Part shown: in pieces, positions 16,621-25,157 of the stretch | Layout: the number at the start of each line of letters is the position of its first letter | Position numbering within the stretch: the stretch's first letter is position 1 | Origin: an uncultured Gemmatimonadales bacterium | Lineage (GTDB): Bacteria; Gemmatimonadota; Gemmatimonadetes; JACCXV01; JAHWKZ01 | Length of the DNA stretch: 33,010 bases | Assembly: GCA_964502985.1 (NCBI GenBank) | Contig: CAZCZH010000005.1 | Coordinates: 1 to 33,010, forward strand | Direction: 5' to 3' | Program-made: the position numbers and the translations under genes | Notes under the pieces: model-generated | What the model saw: the letters and a program-made list of their open reading frames with translations, nothing else | What the model was told of the DNA's origin: nothing | The model's database searches: none

Positions 16621-17108
16621 TCCGCGCCCCGGCCGGGGCGCGGCGTCGCCTGCGCGCCCGGGTCACGGGTCTGCTCCTCGCGGGGTCCGCGGGTCTCGCC
16701 CCGGCGTGCGTCGTCTACGATTCGGGGCCCGTCGGCCCGGCCGGTCGGCCGCTGGTCGAGGGAAGCTGGCGGATCGACGCGCGACCCACGCTCGACTCCT
16801 GCGGCGGCGTGCGGACGGACCCGTTCGACGCGCGAATCGTCCAGAACCGCGACCTGGTCCAGCTGGTGGTGTTCGTGCCCGGCTTCGGCGAAGTCCGGTG
16901 GGACGGGACGCTCGATCGCGACGGCTCGTTCCGGGTCTCCCAACGGACGGTGTTCCCCGAGCAGGCGCTGCGCGACGAGTCGGACGTCGAGGGCCGCTTC
17001 CGATCGGACGGCGGCACGCTGACGGCGACCGAGACCGAGGTCCTTATCGACCTGGACACGGGGCGCTCGTGCACGGTCGTCTGGCGCTGGGACGGTCGCC
17101 GACGGTAG
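16617..17108 (+). CDS. Hypothetical lipoprotein
   Basis: The ATG overlaps the upstream stop (ATGA). Lipobox-like GLAPAC and two further Cys residues. No family recognised. Confidence 0.5.
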   Translation: MIRAPAGARRRLRARVTGLLLAGSAGLAPACVVYDSGPVGPAGRPLVEGSWRIDARPTLDSCGGVRTDPFDARIVQNRDLVQLVVFVPGFGEVRWDGTLDRDGSFRVSQRTVFPEQALRDESDVEGRFRSDGGTLTATETEVLIDLDTGRSCTVVWRWDGRRR

Positions 17109-17118
17109 GATTCCGTCG

Positions 17119-17565
17119 ATGAGTGAGGATATCACGGCCGCCCCGCCCACCGAGCTGGAGCGCCTCGTCGAGCGCTTCTCGCGCCTGAGCCGCGAGCAGA
17201 CCATGCAGGCGCTGGTCGAGTTCGCCGACCAGTTCCCCGAGCTCCCCGAGCGCTTCGCCGAGCTGTCCGACCTGGACGAGTACCGGGTGCACGAGTGCAT
17301 GACCCCGGTGGCCCTGTTCAGCGAGACGCTGGACGGGAAGATCTACTTCTATGCCGACGTGCCGCGCAGCGCCCCCACGATCCGGGCGCTGTTGACGATC
17401 TTCATGCGCGCGCTGAACGGCTCCTCACCCCACAGCGTGCTCGCGATCCCGCCCGACTTCGTGTCTCGGTTGATGGCCAAGGTGGGCCTGATGACGCGCG
17501 TCGTCGGCCTGAACGCGATGGTCGGCCGGATGAAGCACCATGCCGCCGAGGCGCTCGCCGATTGA
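17119..17565 (+). CDS. sufE: SufE-like sulfur acceptor protein
   Basis: ...EQTMQALVEFADQFPELPE...RVHECMTPVALF...YFYADVPRSAPTIRAL. Length and the position of the conserved Cys fit the SufE/CsdE family. Confidence 0.72.
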   Translation: MSEDITAAPPTELERLVERFSRLSREQTMQALVEFADQFPELPERFAELSDLDEYRVHECMTPVALFSETLDGKIYFYADVPRSAPTIRALLTIFMRALNGSSPHSVLAIPPDFVSRLMAKVGLMTRVVGLNAMVGRMKHHAAEALAD

Positions 17566-18435
17566 CATCCGGCGCGAGCTGCCGCTCATCGAGAGCCCGA
17601 CCGAGGTTACGATGATCAGCGCGCCACCGGCCACGATCCCCGCCGTAGCGGCGTCCCCCAGCAGACTGATCCCCAGCGCCGCCCCGGTCAGCGGCTCCAG
17701 GTTCAGGTACACCGCGGCGCGCGAGACGGCGACCCGCTCGAGCCCCCAGATCCACAGCCCGTAGGCCAGGGCCGTGCAGCCCACTCCGAGTCCCGCGATC
17801 TCGAGCGCGACGGGCGCCGGCAGATCGATCCGTGGGGCTCCGGCGAGGAACCACGCGAGGGGCGCCATGACCGCCGTCCCGAGCGTCAGCGACCAGGCCG
17901 TCACGGCGAGCGCGCTGATGCGATCCAGGAGCCGCGCGCTCAGCAGCACCCAGGCCGTCGCCGCGAGCATCGACAGGAAGACCAGGGCGTCGCCGGGGAG
18001 GCTCCGACCCGGCCCCGGGAAGCCGACGAGGAGCGCCACACCGAGCGTCGACACAAGGAGCGCCAGCCAGCCCCCGCGCCCCGGCCGTTCATCCCGGAAC
18101 CAGCGTCCGCCGAGCGCCAGGAGGGGGCCGCCCGTGCCCGTGAGGAGCGCCGCGCTGGTCACGCTCGTCCGGGCCAACCCAGCGAACTGCAGCAGGAACA
18201 CCCCCGGCACGGCGACGACGCCGGTCGCCAGGAGGAGGGGCAGGTCGCGCCGCCGGGGCCGCTCGCCGCGCGCCAGGGCGAGGGTCGCCAGGAGCGCCGA
18301 CCCCAGCGCGAAGCGCCACGCCACGAGGTGCGCCACCGGGATCGTGGCGAGGGCCGGCTTGGCGAGCGGAAACGACGCCCCCCACAGGAGGCACGCCGCG
18401 ACGACGGCTCCCGTCCGGGCGATGCCCCGACTCAC
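17425..18435 (-). CDS. EamA/DMT-family transporter (10 TM)
   Basis: Two EamA-like repeats (...CLLWGASFPLAKPAL...; ...ALAYGLWIWGLERVAVSRAAVYLNLEPL...). The GTG 18435 start lies just before TM1. The only in-frame stop is at 17425, so the 3' end overlaps sufE. Confidence 0.75.
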   Translation of the reverse strand: MSRGIARTGAVVAACLLWGASFPLAKPALATIPVAHLVAWRFALGSALLATLALARGERPRRRDLPLLLATGVVAVPGVFLLQFAGLARTSVTSAALLTGTGGPLLALGGRWFRDERPGRGGWLALLVSTLGVALLVGFPGPGRSLPGDALVFLSMLAATAWVLLSARLLDRISALAVTAWSLTLGTAVMAPLAWFLAGAPRIDLPAPVALEIAGLGVGCTALAYGLWIWGLERVAVSRAAVYLNLEPLTGAALGISLLGDAATAGIVAGGALIIVTSVGLSMSGSSRRMSIGERLGGMVLHPADHRVQADDARHQAHLGHQPRHEVGRDREHAVG

Positions 18436-18659
18436 GAGTAGGGAACCGGGAACAGGTGCACTCTTCCCGAGGTGTACGGATCGACGCCTCCGCGACGCCG
18501 CCCGGGCTCGAGCGGGTCCCGGGGGATGATCGGGGCGTCTCCGTTCGAACAAGGGGGCGCGAGCGCCGGAGTGTCGGTGGCCCCAGGGGCCGCCGAAACG
18601 GCCGCGCTCTCGGATACCCCGACGAGGCGTCGGACCAGACGGGCCTTCCAGCTTGACAT
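18432..18659 (-). CDS. Possible 75-aa upstream ORF coupled to the EamA gene
   Basis: ATG 18659 with AGGTG 5 nt upstream. The stop overlaps the EamA GTG (GTGA). Third-position GC is higher in this frame (about 80%) than in the frame extending the EamA gene (about 65%), by my count. No recognisable family, so this could instead be a 5' UTR. Confidence 0.3.
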   Translation of the reverse strand: MSSWKARLVRRLVGVSESAAVSAAPGATDTPALAPPCSNGDAPIIPRDPLEPGRRRGGVDPYTSGRVHLFPVPYS

Positions 18660-18681
18660 CGTTCACCTAACCGGCTAAAGT
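18653..18681 (+). promoter_or_regulatory. Sigma70-like promoter for the CGNR gene: TTGACA-17 nt-TAAAGT
   Basis: TTGACA at 18653..18658, a 17-nt spacer, and TAAAGT at 18676..18681, inside the only AT-rich stretch of this intergenic region, about 55 nt upstream of ATG 18737. Confidence 0.45.
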
Positions 18682-18699
18682 CTCTTTTGATGGAAAGAG
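18682..18699. promoter_or_regulatory. Inverted repeat CTCTTT-N6-AAAGAG between the two -10 boxes (candidate shared operator)
   Basis: Perfect 6-bp arms at 18682..18687 and 18694..18699, positioned at both predicted transcription start sites. Confidence 0.35.
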
Positions 18700-18726
18700 C
18701 ATAGCCGATCCAGCATAACCTGTCAA
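18698..18726 (-). promoter_or_regulatory. Sigma70-like promoter for the uORF/EamA transcript: TTGACA-17 nt-TATGCT (minus strand)
   Basis: Reverse complement of 18721..18726 is TTGACA, the spacer is 17 nt, and the reverse complement of 18698..18703 is TATGCT. The predicted TSS near 18691 lies about 30 nt upstream of ATG 18659. Confidence 0.4.
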
Positions 18727-18736
18727 GAGGCTTTAG

Positions 18737-19411
18737 ATGGTTATAGACACCTCCCAGTCGTCCCACGGTCCTCCCGCCGGGGCGCGTCCGGTGAAGCGCC
18801 CTGTCGAGGAGCTCGAGAGGATCGGGGGACGGCTGTGCCTCGATCTGACCAACACGGTGGGCGGCAGCCGCGAGAATCCGTCCGAGTGGCTCGTCGACTA
18901 CCCGGCGCTCGTTCGCTGGAGCGTGCGGGCCGGAGCCCTCGACGCAGCGGACGCCGACGCCCTGCTCGAGGCGGCCGGCGATCGCCCGGAAGAGGCCAGC
19001 GAGGCGCTGCGGGCGACGCGCGAGCTCCGCGAGTCGCTGTTCCGCGTCTTCGACGCCCTGGCCGGGAAACGAGCGGTGCCACCGGAGGACGTGGCGCGGC
19101 TCAACGCGCACCTCGGGCCCGCCCTGGCGCGGCTCCAGGTCGCGCCGTCCGGGGACGGCTTCGCCTGGCGCGACGCGGGCCCCGACGAGCTCGCTCTCGA
19201 CGCCATGCTGGGCCCCATCGCGCGCGACGCCGCCGAGCTCCTCGTGGCGGGCGATCCGGAGCGGATCAAGGAGTGCGGCGGGAAGGATTGCACATGGCTG
19301 TTCGTCGACGCGAGCAAGAACCGCAGCCGCCGGTGGTGCGACATGCGGGATTGCGGCAACCGCGCCAAGGCCCGGCGCCACTACCGCCGCCAGAAGCGCG
19401 CCCGAAGCTGA
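18737..19411 (+). CDS. CGNR zinc-finger protein (ABATE + zf-CGNR domains)
   Basis: C-terminus KECGGKDCTWLFVDASKNRSRRWCDMRDCGNRAKARRHY carries the CGNR motif. AGAGG lies 6 nt upstream of the ATG. Confidence 0.85.
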   Translation: MVIDTSQSSHGPPAGARPVKRPVEELERIGGRLCLDLTNTVGGSRENPSEWLVDYPALVRWSVRAGALDAADADALLEAAGDRPEEASEALRATRELRESLFRVFDALAGKRAVPPEDVARLNAHLGPALARLQVAPSGDGFAWRDAGPDELALDAMLGPIARDAAELLVAGDPERIKECGGKDCTWLFVDASKNRSRRWCDMRDCGNRAKARRHYRRQKRARS

Positions 19412-20773
19412 TCAGTCCGGCGCTGGATCCCGGCGGACGACCTCCCAGCCTCCGTCCGCCCGACGCAGCGCCCAACCCGACTCGAGCTCGAGCGTCCAGC
19501 CCGGCCCGCGCAGGGGGGCTCCGTCCTCGGCCGTGCCGTCCGGTGCGGCGACACGCAGCTCGGTGAAGTCGGGGCTGACCAACGCCCCGCCGTCGGCGAC
19601 CTCCAGCGATCCCCACTCCGCGCGGAAGGTCCCCGTCGGGTACACCGTGCCGCGCTCGCCCAGCGGGACGACGGCGTTCGGGTCGAAGGTGTAGTCCAGC
19701 GACGGCTGTCGCAGGACGAGGGCCGGGCCGTCCAGGAGGCGCGCCCGGTAGGCGGCGAGGACCCGCTCGCGCCGGTCTTCCCGTGCCGCCTCCTGCTCCG
19801 CGATCTCCTGTCCGCCGTACGTCTCCGCGCGGGTCTCGGCCCGTTCCGCGAGGTCGGCGGGCGGCGGGGCGTCGAGGGCCTCCGCGAGGAGCGCGCCCAG
19901 CGGGCGCGGCTCGGCCAGAAAACCCGTCCGCCAGCCTGGTCGCCACCGATCCAGCAGCAGCCCCAAGGCGGGGCCCGTGGCGTAGGCGAACGAGCGAGCG
20001 TACGAGTCGCGATCGTCGAACGCCCGTACCTCGTCCGCCACGCGGTCCGGTCCTTCCCCGGTCGCTTCGAGCGCCGTCGCGGCGCCGGTGTACTGGGCCA
20101 GGCCCTCGTGGCGCTCGAGGGCTTCCTCGAGCGAGTCGGTGCCCGGGAAGAGCGATCGCCGGCGGGCCCGGAACAGGAGCGCGTCGCGCGCCGCCTCGGC
20201 GCCCGTCGGGCCGGAGTCCGCCAGGGCCCGGGCCAGCGCGCGCAGCTCGAGCCTCAGCCAGATGCGGCCGTCGCGCTCGTCGAGGGTTGGACACGGCACG
20301 GCCGGGGCCTCGAGCCCGAGGTCGGGCTGAACCCGGTGAAACGCCTCGTGAGCCAGGAGCTGGAGCCGATCGAAGCCATCCGCGGGCAGCGGCAGCAGCA
20401 CCATCGTCCAGCGGCGCCCGTCCCACTCGACCGCCATGTTGGCGAAACCCGTCTCCCGCGGAGCGGGTCCGACCCACGCGTCCCGCTCGCGCGCGAGGCC
20501 CGTCGCCGAGTCGCTGGCCACCACTCGGCGCGACGCGGGATCGACGAGCAGAACCGGCCCGCACAGGGACAGTCCCCACAGCCGGCGCCCGGCGGGGTCG
20601 CATATCCGGCCAAAGTCGCGCAGCGCCGTCGTCGGGCTCGCCGGGTCGAGGGCCTGGGAGCGCGCGGCGGTCGGCGCCCCGGCGCTCAGCGCCAGGACGC
20701 CCAGGGCGAGGATCCGGAGTCGACGCCGGCCGGGCGCTATTTCTCGATCGGCATCCGGACGGCGTTGCCCCAC
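19412..20773 (-). CDS. Secreted MA-clan-like putative zinc metallopeptidase (HEAFH...EGLAQY)
   Basis: [11 protein letters not shown] (HExxH) and a downstream HEGLAQY (possible third ligand Glu). Signal-like [23 protein letters not shown]. The only plausible in-frame start is GTG 20773, which overlaps the rhodanese 3' end by 37 nt. The start is uncertain. Confidence 0.5.
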   Translation of the reverse strand: MGQRRPDADREIAPGRRRLRILALGVLALSAGAPTAARSQALDPASPTTALRDFGRICDPAGRRLWGLSLCGPVLLVDPASRRVVASDSATGLARERDAWVGPAPRETGFANMAVEWDGRRWTMVLLPLPADGFDRLQLLAHEAFHRVQPDLGLEAPAVPCPTLDERDGRIWLRLELRALARALADSGPTGAEAARDALLFRARRRSLFPGTDSLEEALERHEGLAQYTGAATALEATGEGPDRVADEVRAFDDRDSYARSFAYATGPALGLLLDRWRPGWRTGFLAEPRPLGALLAEALDAPPPADLAERAETRAETYGGQEIAEQEAAREDRRERVLAAYRARLLDGPALVLRQPSLDYTFDPNAVVPLGERGTVYPTGTFRAEWGSLEVADGGALVSPDFTELRVAAPDGTAEDGAPLRGPGWTLELESGWALRRADGGWEVVRRDPAPD

Positions 20774-21612
20774 TCGGTCCAGCTCCCGTCGTAGTTGCGC
20801 ACCTTCTCGAATCCGAGCAGGTGCGTCAGGACGAACCACGTATGGCTGCTGCGTTCGCCGATCCGACAGTACGCGACGACCTCGTCGTGCGGATCCAGTC
20901 CCTGCTCCTGCATGTAGATCGCCTCGAGCTCGTCGGCCGGCTTGAAGGTGTGGCTCTCGGGATCGATCGCCCGGGCCCACGGGACGTTCCGGGCGCCCGG
21001 GATGTGCCCGCCACGGACGGCTCCCTCCTGGGGATAGTCCGGCATGTGGAGCAGCTCGCCCGTGTACTCCTGCGGGCTGCGCACGTCGACCAGCTGGCCG
21101 TCGCCCCGGACGTGCGTCAAGACGTCCTCGCGGAACGCCCGGATCCGGCTGTCGTCACGCGCGGGGACCGGGTATCCGGGCGCCTCGTAGGATGGCACGT
21201 CGGTGGTCATCGGCCGCCCTTCGGCCTCCCACTTGCCGCGTCCCCCGTCCATCACGCGGCAGTCGTCGTGTCCGAACAGCTTGAACACCCAGAACGCGTA
21301 CGTCGCCCACCAGTTGTTCTTGTCGCCGTAGAACACGACCGTCGTGTCGGGGCCGATCCCCTTCTCGTTCATCAGCGCGGCGAAGCGGTCGGGATCGACG
21401 TAATCGCGGATCAGGGAATCGTTCAGGTCGACGTGCCAGTCGACCTTGACGGCACCCGGGACGTGACCGGTGTCGTACAGCAGGACGTCTTCGTCCGACT
21501 CGACGACCCGTACGTCGGAATCGTCGACGTGCTCGGCGACCCACTCGGTCGACACGAGAACGTCGGGATGGGCGTAGTTGCGTTTCTCGATCGGCGGTAC
21601 TGACGAGGTCAT
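20737..21612 (-). CDS. Two-domain rhodanese (thiosulfate sulfurtransferase, CysA/SseA-like)
   Basis: Active-site loop [16 protein letters not shown] 21612 with GGAGG 8 nt upstream. The upstream 112 codons of the track ORF are a shadow frame. Confidence 0.88.
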   Translation of the reverse strand: MTSSVPPIEKRNYAHPDVLVSTEWVAEHVDDSDVRVVESDEDVLLYDTGHVPGAVKVDWHVDLNDSLIRDYVDPDRFAALMNEKGIGPDTTVVFYGDKNNWWATYAFWVFKLFGHDDCRVMDGGRGKWEAEGRPMTTDVPSYEAPGYPVPARDDSRIRAFREDVLTHVRGDGQLVDVRSPQEYTGELLHMPDYPQEGAVRGGHIPGARNVPWARAIDPESHTFKPADELEAIYMQEQGLDPHDEVVAYCRIGERSSHTWFVLTHLLGFEKVRNYDGSWTEWGNAVRMPIEK

Positions 21613-21701
21613 CGTCCAGGCCTCCTTCGTGTCCGGGCGCTCTCCTCGTCGGCACGACGGATCGGCCCGAGGAGGGATGAAGAACTTCGCTCCGACCGGC
21701 C

Positions 21702-22979
21702 TCAGATGGGGAGGCCGCGCGAGCGGAAGAAATCGAGTGTGCGGCGCGTCGCCCCGCCGGCGTCCTCGATCACGCGCCGGGCCGCCGCTCCGGCCGACCG
21801 CAGCGCCGCCGGGTCGTCCAGCCAGGCGAGCCACGCCGCGGCGAGCTCGTCCGCCGAGCGTGCCGTCCGCAGGGCGCCGGCCTCGGCCAGCGCCTCGACC
21901 TCGAACGGGTCGCCATGGCGCGGCCCGACGATGACCGGCACGCCGCACGCGGCGGGCTCCATCGTATTGTGGACGGCGCCGTGGAAGCCGCCCCCCACGT
22001 AGGCCAGGTCGGCGGCGGCGTACAGGTTGTACAGTACACCGATCCGATCCACCAGGACCAGCCTCGGGCCCGGCTCGGTCGGCACCGGGGCCACCTCGTC
22101 AAGTCGCCGGACGCGCCATCCGCGGCGCTCCCCCTCCCGCTCTAACCGGTGCAGGGTCGCCTCTGCCGGCTCGTGGGGTGCGACCAGGGCGACGACCGAC
22201 GGATGCGCCGTTGCGACACGCTCGAGCGCCGGCCACAGGACGACCTCGTCCTCGGGTCCCGTGCTGCCGGCTACGAGCACCGGACCGGCGTCCGGGGGCC
22301 GGGTCCAGGGCGGCGGTCCGGCGTCGGCGATCCGCGCCAGGGTTACGTCGACCCGGGTGTCGCCCGTCACGGCCACGGCGCCCGCGCCCAAGCGGCGCGC
22401 GGCCCGGGCGTCGGCCTCCGCGACGGCGCCCACCGCGCGCAGCCGCCCGTACAGGTCGCGCGTCCACAGGCGTGCCGGGCCGCGGGCTCGACGCGTCGAC
22501 GCCAGCCGGCAGCACGCCTGAGCCACCGGGATTCCGCGCTCGGACGTCGCCCATACCAAATTGGGCCACGTCTCGGCGCCCACCAGGATCAGCGCGTCGG
22601 GAGCCAGAAGCTCGATCATCCCGCGCATCGCCGCCGGCCGGTCGAAAGGCAGGTAGTCGGCCGCGTCGGGAGCCTCCCATTCGCCGGCATAGCGCTCGGC
22701 GGAGGGGGAGAAGAAGGAGTGGAACAGGGCGCCCTCCGGCGCGGCCTCGCGGATCGCCTCACCCAGCGGCCGCGCCTGGAGGCTCTCCCCCGCGCTCGCG
22801 GCGTGGAGCCAGATCCGGGGACGACGCCCGGCGGTCCGGCGCGCCGCCTCGGTCCATCGATCGAGCACGCCGTCCCGGGCCTCGATTCCGCGCGCGAGCT
22901 TGGCGTCGAAGCGCGCCGCCACCGGCAGGGCGAGGCGCGCGAGCGGGACCGCGAGTCCATTGTACAGGATGCGCAACAC
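21702..22979 (-). CDS. waaA: 3-deoxy-D-manno-octulosonic acid (Kdo) transferase
   Basis: [17 protein letters not shown] (H..S.GE motif) and a C-terminal GT-B half (...[26 protein letters not shown]...). GTG 22979 (or TTG 22976) as start; no clear SD. Confidence 0.8.
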   Translation of the reverse strand: MLRILYNGLAVPLARLALPVAARFDAKLARGIEARDGVLDRWTEAARRTAGRRPRIWLHAASAGESLQARPLGEAIREAAPEGALFHSFFSPSAERYAGEWEAPDAADYLPFDRPAAMRGMIELLAPDALILVGAETWPNLVWATSERGIPVAQACCRLASTRRARGPARLWTRDLYGRLRAVGAVAEADARAARRLGAGAVAVTGDTRVDVTLARIADAGPPPWTRPPDAGPVLVAGSTGPEDEVVLWPALERVATAHPSVVALVAPHEPAEATLHRLEREGERRGWRVRRLDEVAPVPTEPGPRLVLVDRIGVLYNLYAAADLAYVGGGFHGAVHNTMEPAACGVPVIVGPRHGDPFEVEALAEAGALRTARSADELAAAWLAWLDDPAALRSAGAAARRVIEDAGGATRRTLDFFRSRGLPI

Positions 22980-22992
22980 GCCCGGCGAACGG

Positions 22993-23010
22993 GGAGTCGT
23001 CGACGACTCC
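22993..23010. repeat. Perfect 18-bp palindrome GGAGTCGTCGACGACTCC upstream of waaA
   Basis: Self-complementary over 18 nt, located 14 nt upstream of the waaA GTG and 19 nt from the terminator hairpin. Function unknown (second hairpin or protein-binding site). Confidence 0.3.
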
Positions 23011-23028
23011 GCGGCGGTCCCGAAACGC

Positions 23029-23059
23029 GAACGGGAGCCGGACGAACCGGCTCCCGTTC
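23029..23059 (-). terminator. Strong GC-rich hairpin downstream of the nfu-like gene (probable intrinsic terminator)
   Basis: GAACGGGAGCCGG-ACGAA-CCGGCTCCCGTTC: a perfect 13-bp stem and 5-nt loop, 25 nt past the stop at 23084. On the minus strand it is followed by GCGTTTCGGG, a weak U-tract. Confidence 0.55.
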
Positions 23060-23083
23060 CGAGATCTGAGCGTTCGGGCTCGG

Positions 23084-23452
23084 TCAGATGGCGTCCACCC
23101 GCTGGATCCCCGGGACCATCGAGCGCAGCCGCTCCTCGATCCCCCGCTTGAGCGTCATCGTGCTCATCGGACAGCCGCCGCACGCGCCCATCATGCGCAG
23201 CGTGACGACGCCGTCCTCGATGTCCAACAGCTCGACGTTCCCGCCATCCATGGCGATGGCCGGGCGAATCGTGTCCAGGGCCTCCTCGACACGTTCGCGC
23301 AAGGCGTCGTTGTCGAGTCCCCCGGCCGGTGTCCCGGCTTCGACCTCGGTCGTCCCGACGGCCTCGGCCACGGACGACGCTTCGGCACGGGACCTCTCTC
23401 CGCCCGGTCCGTCGCCGAACTCGATCTCGCTCACGTCGACCATCGATGATCC
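23084..23452 (-). CDS. NifU/Nfu C-terminal-domain Fe-S cluster carrier
   Basis: IRPAIAMDGGNVELLDIEDGVVTLRMMGACGGCPMSTMTLK carries the CxxC Nfu motif. ATG 23452 with GGAGG 8 nt upstream. Confidence 0.8.
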   Translation of the reverse strand, partial: GSSMVDVSEIEFGDGPGGERSRAEASSVAEAVGTTEVEAGTPAGGLDNDALRERVEEALDTIRPAIAMDGGNVELLDIEDGVVTLRMMGACGGCPMSTMTLKRGIEERLRSMVPGIQRVDAI

Positions 23453-23563
23453 TCCCGCGCTGGTATCCGAAATCCACGCCCAATCTACGGTCGCGCCGAG
23501 CGCCACGCCAACGATCGCGGCGGACCTCGTGGTTCGCCCGGGGGTAAGCGATACATTGCCGAC

Positions 23564-25132
23564 ATGCCCGATTCGAGACGCATCCTGTGGGTCGACGACG
23601 AGATCGCCGGCCTGAAGTCCCACATCCTGTTCCTCGAGAACCGGGGCTTCGCCGTCACCACCGCGCCCAACGGCGAGGACGCGCTGGCGATGCTGTCCGA
23701 GAACGGCTACGACTGCGTCCTGCTCGACGAGCAGATGCCCGGGATGCGCGGCATGACCGTGTTCGAGCGAATCCGCGACACCCATCCCCGGCTCCCCGTC
23801 GTGATGGTCACCAAGAGCGAGGAGGAGCACCTGATGGACCAGGCCATCGGGCGCCGGGTCGACGACTACCTGGTCAAACCGATCAACCCCAACCAGGTGC
23901 TGTCCGTCCTCAAGCGGCTGCTCGAGGGCTCCCAGATCCGGCACCAGACGATCGCCCAGGAGTTCAGCCGGCGTTACCTCGAGCTCGAGGACGAGCGCAA
24001 GGCCTGCGCCACGTGGGCCGACTGGGTCGGTCTGTACCGCGAGCTGCTGGACTGGGAGCTGCGCCTGATCGAGGCCGGCGAGCGCGGCCTGCTGCAGAGC
24101 GAACAGGAGCTCCACAAGGCGGCCAATGCCGACTTCGCGCGGTGGGTCATGACGCACTACCGCAAGTGGGTCGCGGCGCGTCCCGGGGAACGCCCGACCC
24201 TGTCGCCCGACCTGATCGGGCGCCATGTCGCGCCACTCGTCGAGGCGGACGACGGCCCCGTGTTCTTCGTCATCATCGATTGCCTGCGGCTCGACCAGTG
24301 GCTGACGATCCGCGGGACGCTGGAGCCGTTCTTCACCATGCGCGAGGAATACGCCGGCTCGATCCTGCCGTCGGCCACGCCATACTCGCGCAACGCGATC
24401 TTCAGCGGCTGGTTCCCGCGGACGATCGCCGAGAAGCGGCCCGACCTGTGGATCGGCGACCTGGACGCCGAAGGGTCGCTCAACCCGTACGAGGCCACGC
24501 TCCTCGAGCTCCAGCTCAAGCGCAAGGGGCTCGGAGCGGCGACTCCGGTCCAATACCACAAGGTGTACACGACGGACGACGGGACGGCCGTCCTGCGCAA
24601 GCTGCCCCAATGCTTCCAGGCTCGCCTGTCGGCGTTCGTGTTCAACTTCATCGACGTCCTGACGCACGGCCGCTCGGAGTCCGAGATCCTGCTCGAGATC
24701 GCCCCGGACCAGGAGGCGTTCCGCTCGCTGACCCGCTCGTGGTTCGTGCACTCGGCCCTGTTCGAGCTGCTGCGACAGGCCTCGCGCCAGGGGGTGCGAG
24801 TCGTGCTGACGACGGATCACGGCTCGGTACACTGCCTGCGGCCGGCGACGGTGTTCGCCCGCAAGGACGCGTCGCAGAACCTGCGCTACAAGTTCGGCAA
24901 CGACATCCGCGCCGAGGACGACGAGACGGCGTTCCGGGTCATCGACCTCGACCGCGTCGGGCTGCCGGACATGGGCACGAACGTGGCCGCGCTGATGGCC
25001 GTCGAGGACTACTACTTCGTCTATCCGACCAAGCTGCGCGAGTATCAGGGCCGCTACTACGGCGCGTTCCTCCACGGCGGCGTGTCACTGGAGGAGCTCG
25101 TCCTGCCGGTGGTCACCCTGACGCCACACTAG
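23564..25132 (+). CDS. PorX-like response regulator: CheY receiver fused to a PglZ (alkaline-phosphatase-superfamily) domain
   Basis: Complete receiver residue set (WVDDE, VLLDEQMPGM, VVMVTK, DYLVKP). PglZ-type segments VFFVIIDCLRLDQW, SATPYSRNAIFSG and VVLTTDHGS. The length (522 aa) is close to the roughly 520 aa I recall for PorX. Confidence 0.85.
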   Translation: MPDSRRILWVDDEIAGLKSHILFLENRGFAVTTAPNGEDALAMLSENGYDCVLLDEQMPGMRGMTVFERIRDTHPRLPVVMVTKSEEEHLMDQAIGRRVDDYLVKPINPNQVLSVLKRLLEGSQIRHQTIAQEFSRRYLELEDERKACATWADWVGLYRELLDWELRLIEAGERGLLQSEQELHKAANADFARWVMTHYRKWVAARPGERPTLSPDLIGRHVAPLVEADDGPVFFVIIDCLRLDQWLTIRGTLEPFFTMREEYAGSILPSATPYSRNAIFSGWFPRTIAEKRPDLWIGDLDAEGSLNPYEATLLELQLKRKGLGAATPVQYHKVYTTDDGTAVLRKLPQCFQARLSAFVFNFIDVLTHGRSESEILLEIAPDQEAFRSLTRSWFVHSALFELLRQASRQGVRVVLTTDHGSVHCLRPATVFARKDASQNLRYKFGNDIRAEDDETAFRVIDLDRVGLPDMGTNVAALMAVEDYYFVYPTKLREYQGRYYGAFLHGGVSLEELVLPVVTLTPH

Positions 25133-25157
25133 GTTGCACTCCCTGCCCTGGATCCAG

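Noticed and set aside
18436-18666. 77-codon N-terminal extension of the EamA ORF (the 413-aa version)
   Set aside because: Basic, low-complexity sequence with lower third-position GC than the alternative 75-aa frame, no SD at GTG 18666, and EamA proteins normally begin just before TM1.
23453-25075. Upstream 541 codons of the minus-strand ORF ending in the Nfu domain
   Set aside because: It is antisense to the PorX-like gene and has no motifs. The Nfu gene has its own ATG with GGAGG at 23452.
23564-25132. PglZ domain as a marker of a BREX phage-defence locus
   Set aside because: No PglX methyltransferase, BrxC/PglY ATPase, BrxA/B or BrxL genes are nearby, and the receiver-PglZ fusion matches the PorX architecture instead.
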